NCBI GenBank assembly: GCA_951406725.2 | Contig: OX597817.1 | Coordinates: 19,964,001-20,028,000, forward strand | Reading direction: 5' to 3' | Origin: Octopus vulgaris | Taxonomy: Eukaryota | Length of the DNA stretch: 64,000 nucleotides | In this document: positions 42,277 to 55,642 of the stretch, in pieces | Layout: each line of letters opens with the position of its first letter | Position numbering within the stretch: the stretch's first letter is position 1 | Program-made: the position numbers and the translations under genes | Notes under the pieces: generated by a model | What the model saw: the letters and a program-made list of their open reading frames with translations, nothing else | The model's database searches: none | What the model was told of the DNA's origin: nothing

Positions 42277-42628
42277 TATTATTATTATTATTGTCTTCTT
42301 CCAATTCTGTTCCCTCTACTTGTCGAGCGACTTGCTGACACCTAAGGCAGAGACATGCACCGTATACGTTTGTAGGCCATTAAAATAATCACATCAAATA
42401 ATCACAAGGTCATGTGATAGAAACACGGAGAAGAGAGACAGAAAGGAAAATGAAAACTATAAAATATAAAAGTAACTAAATTGTATAAAGGGCAAAAAAT
42501 GAAAGACTATTCACAATGGCAATACTCTTCACAATACGTGTAATGCACAAGTTAATACATTTATTATTATTATTCTTGATGCGTTTGCTATTTATTATTA
42601 TTATTATTATTTTATTTTTATTATTATC

Positions 42629-42719
<91 letters not shown>

Positions 42720-42722
<3 letters not shown>

Positions 42723-43300
42723 TAGTTTTATTTTTATAGCGTACTTTCACTTCACTACCGAGCGCAGCTCTGTGTGCCTTGGGTATGTGCTGTGATTTGT
42801 TGTGATGCTCTGATGGTTATTGTATGGAAAGTGTTCTGCGTAGGATGTGTGCAGTGCCTAGTAGTGCAATTTTCTGTATGTTATATGTGTTTCTAAGTCC
42901 TGGTGTTTTTGTTATGTATTTGTCTGAATATATTTTTATCATGCCTAATGCACCTACTATGATAGGAATTGTTTCTGTTTTTAGATTCCACATTCTGGTT
43001 ACCTCTATTTCCAGGTCTTTGGATTTTGAAAGTTTCTCCATTTCTTTTAGAGACACGTTGTCATCAGCTGGTATTGATACATCAATTAGAAAACATTTTT
43101 TTCTTCATGTTCTCTGACAACTATATCTGGTCTATTGGCCTTAATTTCTCTATCTGTGTGTATGTGCATATCCCAGAGTATGGTTGCTTTCTCGATTTCT
43201 GTGACCTTTTCTGGTGTGTGTCTATACAATCTTTTTTCTGTGTGTGCCTATACCATCTTTTTTCAATGTATGTAGGTCCCAACTCTGTCATGTCTGTGAA
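42720..43300 (-). mobile_element. R4/Dong-like LINE 3' fragment (RLE domain plus 3' UTR), best preserved copy
   Basis: HRHDRVGTYIH..RWYRHT..PEKVTEIEKATILWDMHIHTDREIKANRPDIVV..LIDVSIPADDNVSLKEMEKLSKSKDLEIEVTRMWNLKTETIPIIVGALG..LGTAHILRRTLSIQ*; (att)n on both flanks. Confidence 0.95.
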
Positions 43301-43363
<63 letters not shown>

Positions 43364-43371
43364 CATCTTTG

Positions 43372-43665
43372 TTACTGCGTGAAAGACAAGCGCAAGGAAT
43401 TAATGTGACACTGGGGCCCATCGTAGCTACCCGTTTGATAATGATATTCCAGGCGCATGCATTATAACCATATCTTCGCGACATGACGAACTTATATCAA
43501 GATATACAGCGCATTACTTTGCAGATGACGCCCAGTTATAATTATCCTCAAGTTGGGGACCCTATCCAGCTCAAAGTATTACTGAATGAGGTTTGTTTAA
43601 GGATGATGAACGAAACAACCATATTTCCTGATGTGAATTATTCAAACTCCCGTGAATTCCTCTCT
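43372..43665 (-). mobile_element. Family D element, old diverged copy
   Basis: gtgacactgggg..tatcaagatatacagcgc..cccagtta..gtttaaggatgatgaacgaaac..gtgaattattcaaac; follows (att)n. Confidence 0.8.
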
Positions 43666-43747
43666 TTCTTCTTCTTCTTCTTCTTCTTCTTCTTCTTCTT
43701 CTTCTTCTTCTTCTTCTTCTTCCTCTTGTTCTTCTTGTTCTTGTTCT

Positions 43748-43779
<32 letters not shown>

Positions 43780-43791
43780 TTCTTCTTTTTC

Positions 43792-43823
<32 letters not shown>

Positions 43824-44405
43824 CTTCTTCTTCTTCTTCTTCTTCTTCTTCTTCTTCTTCTTCTTCTTCTTCTTCTTGTTCTTCTTCGTCTTCTTCTTCT
43901 TCTTCTTCTTCTTCTTCTTCTTCTTCTTCTCTTCCTCCTCTTCTCTTCGTCTTCTTCTTCTTCTTCTTCTTCTTCTTCTTCTTCTTCTTCTTTCCCTAGT
44001 ATTTTATCCTCTTCCTCTTCCTCCTCATCAAAATCACCAGCATCATTGTCATCCTTCACTGCATCAGTAATTCATCCTCTTTCTTTTTTCTACGTCTTCT
44101 TTTTTAATTACCCTATATATTCAATATCAAAGGTGTCCTTCATAATTACCACAAATATTAATGTCTTCAAATACACTCCGGTTTTAGTCTAAATTTCTTT
44201 GTTCTTGTTTTTGTTGTTCTTCTTTTCTTCTTCTTCTTCTCCTTCTTCTTCTTCTTCTTCTTCTTCTTCTTCTTCTTCTCCTTCTTCTTCTACTTCTTCC
44301 TCTTCTCCTTCTTCTTCTTCTTCTTCTTCTCCTTCTTCTCCTTCTTCATCATCATCTTTTTCTTCTTCTTCTTCTTCTTCTTCTTCTTCTTCTTCTACTT
44401 CTTCT
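43666..44405. repeat. Two (TTC)n arrays (43666-43992 and 44215-44405)
   Basis: Directly visible. Confidence 0.97.
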
Positions 44406-44555
44406 CTGTAGTATTATTCTTCTAATCATCACAGTCATAAACATCATCGTCATAATCATCATTATTATTATATTGGCTCGTCGTACCATCCTCCCTCCTC
44501 CACTCTCTCTCCTTTCTCTTCCCACTCCTTCTCCTTCTTCTCATCATCATCATCG

Positions 44556-44631
<76 letters not shown>

Positions 44632-44632
<1 letters not shown>

Positions 44633-45137
44633 TTATTGTCTTTGCACAACTTCTAACGTAGAACTAAGGTAACACCACTTATATTCCGAGCACAATCAGG
44701 TGTAATCGAGCGGTTCCAATTAGTGCTCTTTTCTACAAGTGCCCTACCCTCATTCCAGCCCCTATTTGTTCCATCTAGTTCTCAAGATTTTTACACACCG
44801 TTCCCTGGGGTCCGACAATTATTGGTACTACTACCACTTTTCAGCGACCACAACTGCTTAACTTCTGAAGCTAACCTATCATATCTATCGACTTTTCTTA
44901 CTTCCTCATTCCCTACCTGCAACTGCCTAGATATTCATTGCAGTAATAAAAGTTTTAGTATTCGTGTTTGATATCAACAACAACTTCACCCTTTTTTTAT
45001 ATGCCCCACTGACCTTGACTCTCATTTGTCTTTGTAAAATGTCATCCAGCTCAAAAATCTCTAAGTATATATATACCCACTACCGGGCTCACCTATGGTA
45101 TCTCCTGATGGCGACCGCAATCCTCTGCAGCCTGGTT
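44632..45137 (-). mobile_element. Internally deleted R4/Dong-like LINE (RT end fused to RLE end) between (ATT)n tracts
   Basis: SGDTIGEPGSGYIYLEIFELDDILQRQMRVKVSGAYKKRVKLLLISNTNTKTFITAMNI*AVA joined to EEVRKVDRYDRLASEVKQLWSLK/VVVVPIIVGPQGTV..ALIGTAR. Confidence 0.85.
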
Positions 45138-45157
45138 ACTTATTATTATTATTATCA

Positions 45158-45213
<56 letters not shown>

Positions 45214-46120
45214 GTTGTTGTTGTGTTTTTTTATTGTTATCATTATTATTGTTATTATTATTATTATTATCATCATCATCCTCATCGTCGTCGTCTACAA
45301 CTTCATGGTCATGTATACATTCCTCAACGTATTTTTTTTTTATTTCTTCTTAATGTATAACAAAATTTTCCCCCACCCCACCCCACTTTTGAAATTTTAT
45401 AGCAACCTGCCCTTCTCCCTCGCTTGTGTGGTTATCATTTAAGAAAGAGCAGAATCTGCAGCATCAAATTGTATCACTTCCATCACTATCCTAATGTCCA
45501 TTTACATGCGTAGCACAATCACCACTAATTATGATATGGTTAACAATACAATTCCCAATGAAAACAGTCAACTCTTACTTTCAGGAATTAATAGCCAAAG
45601 ATAGTTTTGTTTCATGATTTGTATACTTTATTTTTATATTTATTTTTCAATTTTATTTTATTTTGATATTTGATTTTCTCTTCATTTCATGTTCCATTTC
45701 ATTTTCAGGTTTTTATATTTTTTTGAGATTTTTAATGCTTATTTACTGTTTTTTTTTTTTTTGGAAATTTTGTTATATTTATCAATTCTAATTACTACGT
45801 CTTGAAATTGCAATCGTTTTATTATTTCGAAAGTTATTTTGGGACAATATTTTCAGTTCATGCAATCATGTTCGGTTCGGTACTATGTATTTATACACTT
45901 GTTTGTTTTTTTTAAAATTTTCTTTTCATTTTTTTTTTTGCCCTAGGCAATGTGATAGGTCCGTTCTAGTTAGTAACATAAAATACAATAATAGAAATCT
46001 AAAAGAAAGCAACATTCAGAAAGAAATAAGGCTAAAAATGCGTAATTGTTCTATCATTGTTATTATTGTCATAATTATAACTTTTATTATTATCGCAACT
46101 GCTGTTGTTTTAGTTTTTGA

Positions 46121-46310
<190 letters not shown>

Positions 46311-46433
46311 GTTATGTATTTATTGTCGCTGTAAGTCTCAACGAGATGCGCTTTTATTCCATGTATTATCAAATGAAAAATTCTTCGAGCACTTGCAAGC
46401 AGGATTTTTCCTTACTCGAGGCCGGGATACACA

Positions 46434-46500
<67 letters not shown>

Positions 46501-48792
46501 CAATTCTCTTTTGTTTGTTCTTATATTTTTTACCATGTTGCTTACTTCACACAGCTACCAAAGACACCCACCATACAAAGTAAAATATTCACTAAAAGAT
46601 GATTGTGACAACCAAAATATCGAATCGTAACTCAGCCTGAACAAAATCAACGAAATAACAATCACCTAATACAAGAAAAAAAAAACGAAAAACATATTTG
46701 TTTCATTATATCTGCAAAACCAATGCTCAATGAAAGGCAACGAGTCGAAGCCTTCATATGGACGTACTCTTATAGAAGTTAGTTTTGCGTCTGTTGAAAC
46801 AAGGTATATTTTTTATTTGACAGCCTTCCCTGGAGGATGAAAAAATAACTGAGAAGTTTGTAGAAATAGTGTGTTTTTGTCGCAGGACCTAACAAATAAA
46901 GAGAATACTGATAATGTTGATGATGATATTTAGGAGGAGGTAGAGGAGGAGGAGGAGGGGAAGGTGGAGTAGGGGGAGCAAGTTTATGAAGACGTCGACA
47001 ACGACGACAACGATGATGATAATATAGCCGTGCATTCAAAATGATGATTGTTTTGAATTACTGTTGAAACAGCAGTTAGAAGTCTTACATGAAATTTCGG
47101 GAAGAATTTTGCTTAAGAGATGGAGTAAAATGATATACAACCGGCTACTGTACTTTCAAGAACGAAAACACGGCTCTAGCTGTTGCTGAAAAACATATTT
47201 CTCCACCCACAAAATTGTATTCTAGTATGGACTGTGAAATGAGCAGTTTACGATAAGATATGGTGACGATGTGGGTCCGCAAGCAGACTTCCTTTTAATC
47301 AAATTATGTGTGCGTATCTAAAGCAGAGCTGACAAAAGACGAAATGTGACCAGGGATATGAAAATGGATTTACACGTCGCAACTGACCACAAATAACAAT
47401 GTCACATCAAAGCTGTGGTTCTCTGAAGATGCTTTGATAAAGATAATGAAACTAATAGCGTGAGATAAGCTGCAAGTTTTGTCGTGGTAGGAACCAACTA
47501 ATGGCATATTTCTGAAAAATTGTAAAAACTAAGAATGACAGAGAAAGAAATGCAAAGGAGAAAAACCGATGCAGGAAAGAGACCAGCTACTCACGGTTCT
47601 CAGATGTAAATAACTCACAACTTTAGGAATGCCCGTTTCAGGACGCACCCGAGCGCATACCCTGGCATATCTAGTTTTAGAGTTATAATGAGATTACTTT
47701 ATTAGAGGAGGAAAGTAACTGAACTATCAAGTGAATAAAAAATACCAGACATGATCATAAACTGGAAACAATATAAAAACAAGAAATGGATGAAAATTAA
47801 CAAATACACCAGAATAAGAATGATGTGCCTTCTGAGAGTAATAAGGAAGACGATGACTAAAATAACTATGAACTGGGTTCCGCGATCCTTCGGAGCTTAA
47901 CGATCTTATAAACAAAACGTCTTATCTATTAGGTATCACAGATATTCCGGTAGTGTAAAACATACGGAGGCACAATTGCGTTCTCACAGAGATACGCGAA
48001 TGTCAAGTTGTTGGTAAAAAAACAAGCACATAGATGTGACAATAAACTTACACAGTGTTATCCTAGTTTGTTATCTACATCAATTCACTTAAAATAATTG
48101 AGTGAGCAAGTCTTAATGCTCGAGACAGCAGCAGAAGTCCTGTGGAGTGGAAAAGAACATGACGCTGCCTTTGGGCTGCCTATCCAATAATTTCACGTGT
48201 GCGTTATTGCAACAAAAATACAAAAGCAAAATCTGTGGTTCTGTAATTTTCTTTCCTTTATATCCTGTTTTAATTATTGGTTAATATATACGTTTCATTT
48301 CATTATTTTCGGAATATTTCACCTATTGTTATTGCAAAGCGGCTTTCCTCACTTCTGTCTTTGTAAAATACTTTTGTTGTCGTGCCTCTGATGTGGACAA
48401 AAAAAAAAAAAAAAGGGAAAAAAAAGACCTAAAAAATTATTTAGCTTCTTTTGCACTGAAATTATCCATTTCGATCAAACTCTGCCATAGTTGTTATCAA
48501 TAAATTATCAACAGTGAATAGAACAATCATTTTCATGTGTAAATTTATGCCTGCTTGAGAAATGTTATCTTGTATCACTAGAACGGCAGAAATGAGTTTT
48601 CATTACTTGTTATTAACTGACCCGTAGCATTGATATTCCACCGTATGCGATATTTTTATTGTGAATTTTTGCCATGAATCTGAAGCACTGTTACCTGTCT
48701 TAAATATTGGATTTGTGCTTATGTTTGAAACATTTTCTGTTATTGTCGTTTTTAAAACAGAATCGTGTCGGTATAATTTCTTTTCAAAATTT

Positions 48793-49003
48793 AAGACAGC
48801 GAGCTGGCAAAATTATCAGAAATGTCAGCACATCATGTACAAATGCTCAGCGTTTTTACGTTCTGAGTTTAAATTCTGTAAAGGTCGGCCTTGTCATTTA
48901 ACCTTCAATTCGATAAAATAAATAAAAGTTGAACACTCAACTAGATGTAATTGCCTTACCCAAACCACGAAATTGCTGACTTTGTGTCAAATTTGATATC
49001 AAT
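48793..49003 (+). mobile_element. SINE family B, diverged
   Basis: gcgagctggcaaaa..aaatgctcagcg..tacgttctgagtttaaattc..tcgataaaataa. Confidence 0.75.
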
Positions 49004-49714
49004 AATTTGTTTGTACTTTTTTTTATGTTTCACCATTCAAAGGTATTCTTTTGCAACTTTATCTTACTCGGGGATCTGCAAATATAATTATCAGCATGTG
49101 TCGATCAATCTTATTATTTCCAACTGAAGATGAACTATCTCTTTAGGAATCAACTAGTTCAAATCTGGTTACCGAAATAATTACTATAAATTAATTATAT
49201 CTAAGTACCTATTTCCGTATATAACATAGCGCAAATGCAGTAAAGTAGATTAATTATCTTACGTATAATTAAGATTCCGCTCACATGCAATGTACAGATG
49301 CCAGGCATCATGTGTACAGTCTAACTATAGACAAGTGCATTTTCCAAAATCGACATAGTATACTAAACATCTTCAACAGTAGAAATACACCGAAGAAATA
49401 AATAATGAATCATTGCCAATATCACTGCCACTCATGAACTAAATTCCTTCAGTAATATTGTAAGCCTTGAAATATTTAATGATCTAAATTAGATAAGTTA
49501 GACATTGTTGTATGTACATGTCAATCATTATAGTTTGAAATCAAAAAGGAAAATTGCATTTACGTTCTGTTCAAAACCACAATGTAAATTTACTTCTCTT
49601 TATATGATATTAATTTACTACATAAATTTAAATAAAATGTGTCTGCATATAGCATTTGGCAATCAAATCAAAATTGTGAAGACATGCACACTCCGAGTTG
49701 TGCCTAAACCATAC

Positions 49715-49890
49715 AGTTATTGACAGAATTCTTGGTACATCGGAAAAGAATGTTTAGTGCAAATTCTGCTTAGACCGATTGGGCTTTTCATCATTTCGGC
49801 ATCGATAAACTAAGTACAGGGGAACACTCCGTACGCACTAAACCTTCTATGAAATTACTACCATTTGTGCCAAACTTTGAAACCATTAAT
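49715..49890 (+). mobile_element. SINE family B, highly diverged
   Basis: caaattctgc..gcttttcatcatttcggcatcgataaactaagtac. Confidence 0.6.
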
Positions 49891-49909
49891 ATTATTATAT
49901 ATTTATTCA

Positions 49910-50430
49910 TTGAGAGACAGAGAAAGAGAGAGTGAGAGACAGTGTGAGAGCGAGAGAGAGTGCAAGTGAGAGGTAGAGTGAAGGCGAGAGAGAGAGAGAG
50001 TGGGAGCCAGAGAGAGAGAGAGAGTAGCTCATGCCATCAAAGTGACACTAGGGTACAAATATACGCAGCGCATTATACTCAACATAACTACCCGTCCCAT
50101 AATTATACACAAGGCACATGCATCACAAGCCTATGTGCTCCACATGGTGATTTCATATGAAGACAAATGGAGCATGACCTTGTAGGTAGGGCCTAGTTAC
50201 AATTTTTTTTTCAAGTTGAGTAGCATTTCCGACTCAAATAGTCACTGCATAAGGGTTGTTTAAGGATGTTGAACGAAACATCCATGTTCCCTGAGGTGAA
50301 TTATCCAAAGTCCAAAGAATTATTCTCAACTGGTTAAGGTCAAAAACCGACAAAGAAATCTGTGATCTTGAGCAGAATATTTTACACCGGGACAATCCAT
50401 ATACATGGTAACATTCCGATCAGTTAAGAT
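49910..50430 (-). mobile_element. Family D element, diverged, with (GA)n expansion and internal deletions
   Basis: catgccatcaaagtgacactagggt..aagggttgtttaaggatgttgaacg..ctcaactggttaaggtcaa..cagttaagatc. Confidence 0.85.
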
Positions 50431-50431
50431 C

Positions 50432-50630
50432 GAAGCTGGCGAAATCGTTAGCACGCCGGAAAAATGCTCAGAGGTATTTTGTTAGTCTTTACGTTCTCAA
50501 TTAAAATTCCGTCGAGTTCGATTTTGCCTTCCAATCTTTTGGGATCGATAAAATAAGTACGGGTTACGTAATGAGGTCGAACTAATCGACTTGTGAACCC
50601 TCCACAGGATTTCAGGCCTTCTGGCTTTAC
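50432..50630 (+). mobile_element. SINE family B
   Basis: agctggcgaaatcgttagcacgccgg..aattccgtcgag..gatcgataaaataagtac. Confidence 0.85.
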
Positions 50631-50752
50631 TATGGATGTTTTGCGCTAACTTGTCGTGTCTGCTTTCACAAACACTAACTATGTGAGTCACTCCTTCGAC
50701 CCTCCTCCTACACGTACAGCAGAAGTTCGTTGCTCTTATGTGGTATATATCT

Positions 50753-50797
50753 CTTTCTTCTTCTTCGTCTTCTTCGTATTCTTCGTCTTCTTCTTTT

Positions 50798-50891
<94 letters not shown>

Positions 50892-50994
50892 ACTACTATT
50901 ACTAATGTTGCTGCTGCCGCCGTCGCCTCCTCCGTCACCGCTACCATCACCATCATCATCATCCTCATCAACATTATTATTATTATTACTATTA
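50753..50994. repeat. Compound trinucleotide microsatellite (TTC)(TAC)(TGC)(CAT)(TAT)
   Basis: Directly visible. Confidence 0.96.
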
Positions 50995-51550
50995 TTGAGT
51001 GAGAGAGCTGTGCATGCCATCAAAGTGACACTGGGGTAAAATATACGAAGCTCAGTATACCCATCATGACAACCCATCTGATAAAGGTACACCAGGCACA
51101 TGCATCACAACCATATGTGCGCGACATCGTGCTCTCATATCAAGATAAACAGCACGTGACCTTGCAGGTGGGGCCCAGTTAGAATTTTCTTCAGGTTGAG
51201 TAGCCCATCCTGCTCAAAATGTCCCCGAATAAGGGTTGTTTAAGGATGTTGAAAGAACCACCCATGTTTCCAGAGGTGAATTATTCAAACCCCAAAGAAT
51301 CTCTCCCAACACATGGCTATGATGCTCCCCCACTACTTCTACACGTGATCAGAGATGCAAATATCCTCAGCCACTAAGGGACATGCTCAACTGGTTAAGG
51401 TCAAACAACTAACAAGCAAATCTGTGGTATTGAGCAGAATATTTGCTGTAGCCCATCTTTTATACCAAGACAAAACAATGTACATGATAACACTTCCAGT
51501 CAGTTAAGATCTGAAGCCATGAGAGCCACTGCCTGGTACTGCATCAAGGC
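50995..51550 (-). mobile_element. Family D element, longest copy (~555 bp) between (ATT)n tracts
   Basis: Minus strand reads (aat)n-gccttgatgcagtaccagg...gcacagctctctcactc-(aat)n; no ORF, no tRNA head. Strand inferred from truncation polarity. Confidence 0.9.
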
Positions 51551-51626
51551 ATTATTATTATTATTATTATTATTATTGTTATTATTATTATTATTATTAT
51601 TGTTATTATTATTATTATTATTATTA

Positions 51627-52071
51627 TTGAGTGAGCGAGCAGAGCATGCCATCAAAGTGACACTGGCGTAAAATATACGAAGCCCAATATACCCATCATG
51701 ACTACCCGTCTGATAAGGGTACACCAGGCACATGCATCACAACCATATGTGCGCGACATGGTGATCTCATATCAAGATAAACAGCATATGACCTTGCCAG
51801 TGGGGCCCAGTTAGAATTTTCTTCAGGTCGAGTAGCCCATCCTGCTCAAAAGGTCCCTGAATAAGGGTTGCTTTAGGATGATGAACGAAACACCCATGTT
51901 TCCAAAGGTGAATTATTCAAACCTCAAAGAATCCCTCTCAACACACGGCTATGATGCTCCTCCACTACTTCTGCTCGTGATCAGAGATGCACATATTGTC
52001 AGCCACTAAGGGACATGCTCAACTGGTTAAAGTCAAACAACTGACAAGCAAATCTGTGGTATTGAGCTGAA

Positions 52072-52076
<5 letters not shown>
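51627..52076 (-). mobile_element. Family D element, tandem copy truncated at one end
   Basis: Closely matches 50995-51444; (att)n on both sides. Confidence 0.92.
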
Positions 52077-52143
<67 letters not shown>

Positions 52144-52144
<1 letters not shown>

Positions 52145-52440
52145 GGTTTGACTCTGGTTCAAGTTGATTTCCGGTAGATTGCATGTGGGTTGCGGGTTAC
52201 TACCTGTAACCTTAAGTAGGCACCAGTTTTAAGTTGCCTCTCAAGCACTTAGATCCCACCTGATAATTTTTGCTGTCCCTAAGAGACAAACTTTCTTTAG
52301 GCGCCCTACAGAGCATCCTATTCAATCTTCCTCAGACATTTGTATATATCGTTTCTGACTGTTCTCAACGCACCAAGTATTATAGGCATTACCTTTACAG
52401 TTTTCATACTCCAAATTCTTCCAACTTATATGTTTCCCTG
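52144..52440 (-). mobile_element. R4/Dong-like LINE short 3' fragment
   Basis: VGRIWSMKTVKVMPIILGALRTVRNDIYKCLRKI../LKKVCLLGTAK, then 3' UTR, then (aat)n tail at 52077-52143. Confidence 0.85.
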
Positions 52441-52967
52441 TTCAGTCCATGTATTGGACATATGGAGGTATTTCTTTGTGTTTCATTACCTAGCAACTTC
52501 GATTTCTTTCCTCATTCTTGGCAAACAGAAACGTCTTTCTCGTGTTATAGTTATTTATATTATTTCTTCATTAACATTAACTAGATATATTTTTCGTTCT
52601 ACAGTAAAGATCTTATATTCCATTTATTTGTATAATTATAGTGGCATGCTTGTATTATTATTGAAAAATATCACTCAGCATTCTAAATACATTCATTACT
52701 TCTCCTGTTATTTTTTGTCTAGAAAATCTAATTCATGCATTATACACTTCAGGATATTATTCTCGAAATTTATTATTGGTACAAAAATTTAATGTGACCT
52801 GGGATCTTATGTTTGCATTTAGATCTCTGGTAGATGGTAAAGAATTACATTTATAACGTATTTTTCAAGTGTTCTCTTTGTGTACGTACACTGTAGTTTT
52901 GGAAATTGATTGTCCGAAATAATTTGAAAGGATGGATTCGGTCTAATTCGCCTGTATCCTGAAGTCA

Positions 52968-53179
52968 TACTCTCTTTACTCTTTTACTTGTTTCAGTCAT
53001 TTGACTGCGGCCATGCTAGAGCACCGCCTTTAGTCGAGCAAATCGACCCCGGGACTTATTCTTTGTAAGCCCAGTACTTATTCTATCGGTTTCTTTTGCC
53101 GAACCGCTAAATGACGGGGACATAAACACACCAGCATCGGTTGTCAAGCAATGCTAAGGGGACAAACACAGACACACAA

Positions 53180-53214
<35 letters not shown>

Positions 53215-53385
53215 CATATATACGACAAGCTTCTTTCAGTTTCCGTCTACCTAATCCACTCACAAGGCATTGGTCGGCCCGCGGCTATAGCAGAAGACAC
53301 TTGCCCAAGATGCCACGCAGTGGGACTGAACCCGGAAACATGTGGTTGGTAAGCAAGCTACTTACCACACAGCCACTCCTGCGCC
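52968..53385 (-). mobile_element. SINE family A, full length
   Basis: Reverse complement of 33821-34267. Confidence 0.96.
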
Positions 53386-55236
53386 TATCTCAACCTGCCT
53401 GCACAAATTAGTCGATTTTCTTTCTATAGCATTTGATTCTGGCTACAGTCTTGTTTAATGTGTTGATTTAAGTTGTTAGCGCCAGGTTTTGATATGACTA
53501 GTAGGCGTACTCTATAGACTATCATTTTAGTTTAATAGATTTGTTCAGATTTATACTGGGTCTGAAAATACCGAACTTGCTCATTGCATATTCTGTGTCT
53601 CTTTCTTATTGGTACTACTAAAGTTATGGTTAACATTTCCAGATTTCTCTAGCATTGAATTTTCTTCAGCATGTCGTAATGAATGCAAGCTTTTCTCATA
53701 CAACCACTCGCTTTGGCTTATGATTAGCGTAATCAGAAATCGGTCGTTCCTTTATATTAGCCTTGGTATCATAAAATTCTATACTTCTGGAAATACGTTT
53801 TTATATTATTTACATTTTGTCAATTATTCCACTTTCAATTTACAAGCTATATGTAAGAATGCTACGAGTATATGAATTTCAGTTGTTGCTAGTACGTTGG
53901 CCTTGAGGTAAAGTTGGTTTTTCCAAAGTGTTCAAGACGTGTGTTATCTCGAGCTCTCACAAAATTTTGTGGGGCCTATTTACGAATGTACCTGGTCTTA
54001 ATAATATTTAACCCCCTTATTTGGAAGCTTCTTTTTCCTCTTTTCGTAATGTCTGTAATATTTATTGTGCTTTTATTGTCTCCCAATATTCTCCATGTGA
54101 TGTACATATCAGTTGGAACATCTCATTTATGGATATTCTCATATATTACCAACGGACCGTTTTAAACTTGCTGTTAGTGCTGCGTGGTTACATGATATAT
54201 TTTATAATGTAACCATATGATATATTTATTATGTCGTAATAAAAATGTTTTCGCATTGAATTTCAGTAGTTTGTTTCATTCAATGAAGTATTTATCGCAT
54301 TTTATATTGTTGGAATATTTTCCGTTTTCTCCGTTCTTTTGTTTCCGATACTGTTAAAATGTTTTATATAATTCTGTTGTGTTCTTTCTACCCTTCATTT
54401 TTCCGTGATTTCTATTTCGTTTCATGTATTTCATTAATTTTATTATATTTCTGTCCCTATATGAACTTTGCCATACTGCTTATTTGAGTTTTGGGGCAAT
54501 TCTATGAATAAGCATAAAAGTAAAAACACACAAAAACACATTTTTATTTGTAACTAGTCGGCTTCATCATATATTATTTCGTTTATAGATGTGACAGTGA
54601 TACATGTTTATATTGAATTTGCAATGCCTATGATGCCTATGTGTGTGACCGTATTATTTTATCCTATATATGGTTTTATTTTTGTGGGTAATTTCGTTGG
54701 CCCAAAGTGAGATGTGAGATATTCTCTCAATATTAATTCCGAAACTACAGCAGCGTATTCGGAAAACAGATGAAAGCATAAACATATATTGTGTTTGATT
54801 TATATCTTCCAGTTCCTTGCTTATTTTCTATGTGCCACTCATCTCCCACACAAATTAAATATTAGCTCAAGCTCAAATATGGTGGGAATTGCTACCATAA
54901 AATTACAATTACACAGGCCATCATGGAACTAATGAGGCATATGATTGCTATAGCTAACACACTGAGATGATTCACAATATATCGAAATTCGAAAAGCATT
55001 ATAGGAAGTTGACTGAAAAGTGTAAAACCATAATATCTTTAAAATTCATATTTTAGGTGAAGTCTCTATCCAGCGCCGGATTTGTACTGGCAGCTCTAAG
55101 AACAAAGAAATAAAGACCAATTCAGTCTGACATCTGTTCGAATCATGTCGAAAAGCAATTTGCAATCCTTATGATTTTTTTATATCTATCGATTTGTAAG
55201 TATCCAATCCAAAGCGAGCAACTATGTGTTCTTTAA

Positions 55237-55450
55237 TATTGATTTCAAATGTTGGTACAAGCTCATCAATTTTTAGGTGAGGGGTAGGTCGATTCAATGG
55301 TCCTAATGCTTTGCTGGTACTTACTTTATAGATCCCGAAAGGATGGAAGGCAAAACCGATCTCAGCGGAATTTGAACTCAGGAGGTAAAAGCTGATGAAA
55401 TATCACTCAGCAGATTTCCCGGCGTGCTGACTTTTCTGCCAGCTGTACCA
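55237..55450 (-). mobile_element. SINE family B, diverged
   Basis: ctggtacttactttatagatcccgaaaggatggaaggcaaa..ggaatttgaactcag..ccggcgtgct..tctgccagct. Confidence 0.85.
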
Positions 55451-55642
55451 CGTTAAATATAACCTTTAATACTGCATTATATTTTCTTTAATACAGCTAA
55501 TTAAAAATAGAGCGTGTTAAATGTTACGTTTTGGTCTGGTATAAATTGCCCCACCGTTTATAGAGTACACATCACTGGCATAACTATTGCTATGGTTTCG
55601 GATCAGCTACATGTACTTCCAATCGATATAATAAGAGGCTTA

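Noticed and set aside
51185-51275. Hammerhead or HDV ribozyme inside family D (CTGAAGA and GAAAC on the minus strand)
   Set aside because: Stem I cannot be formed and no HDV pseudoknot fit was found.
52500-54200. Coding-like unique sequence flanking the SINE
   Set aside because: Minus-strand translation shows frequent stops and no recognisable motif.
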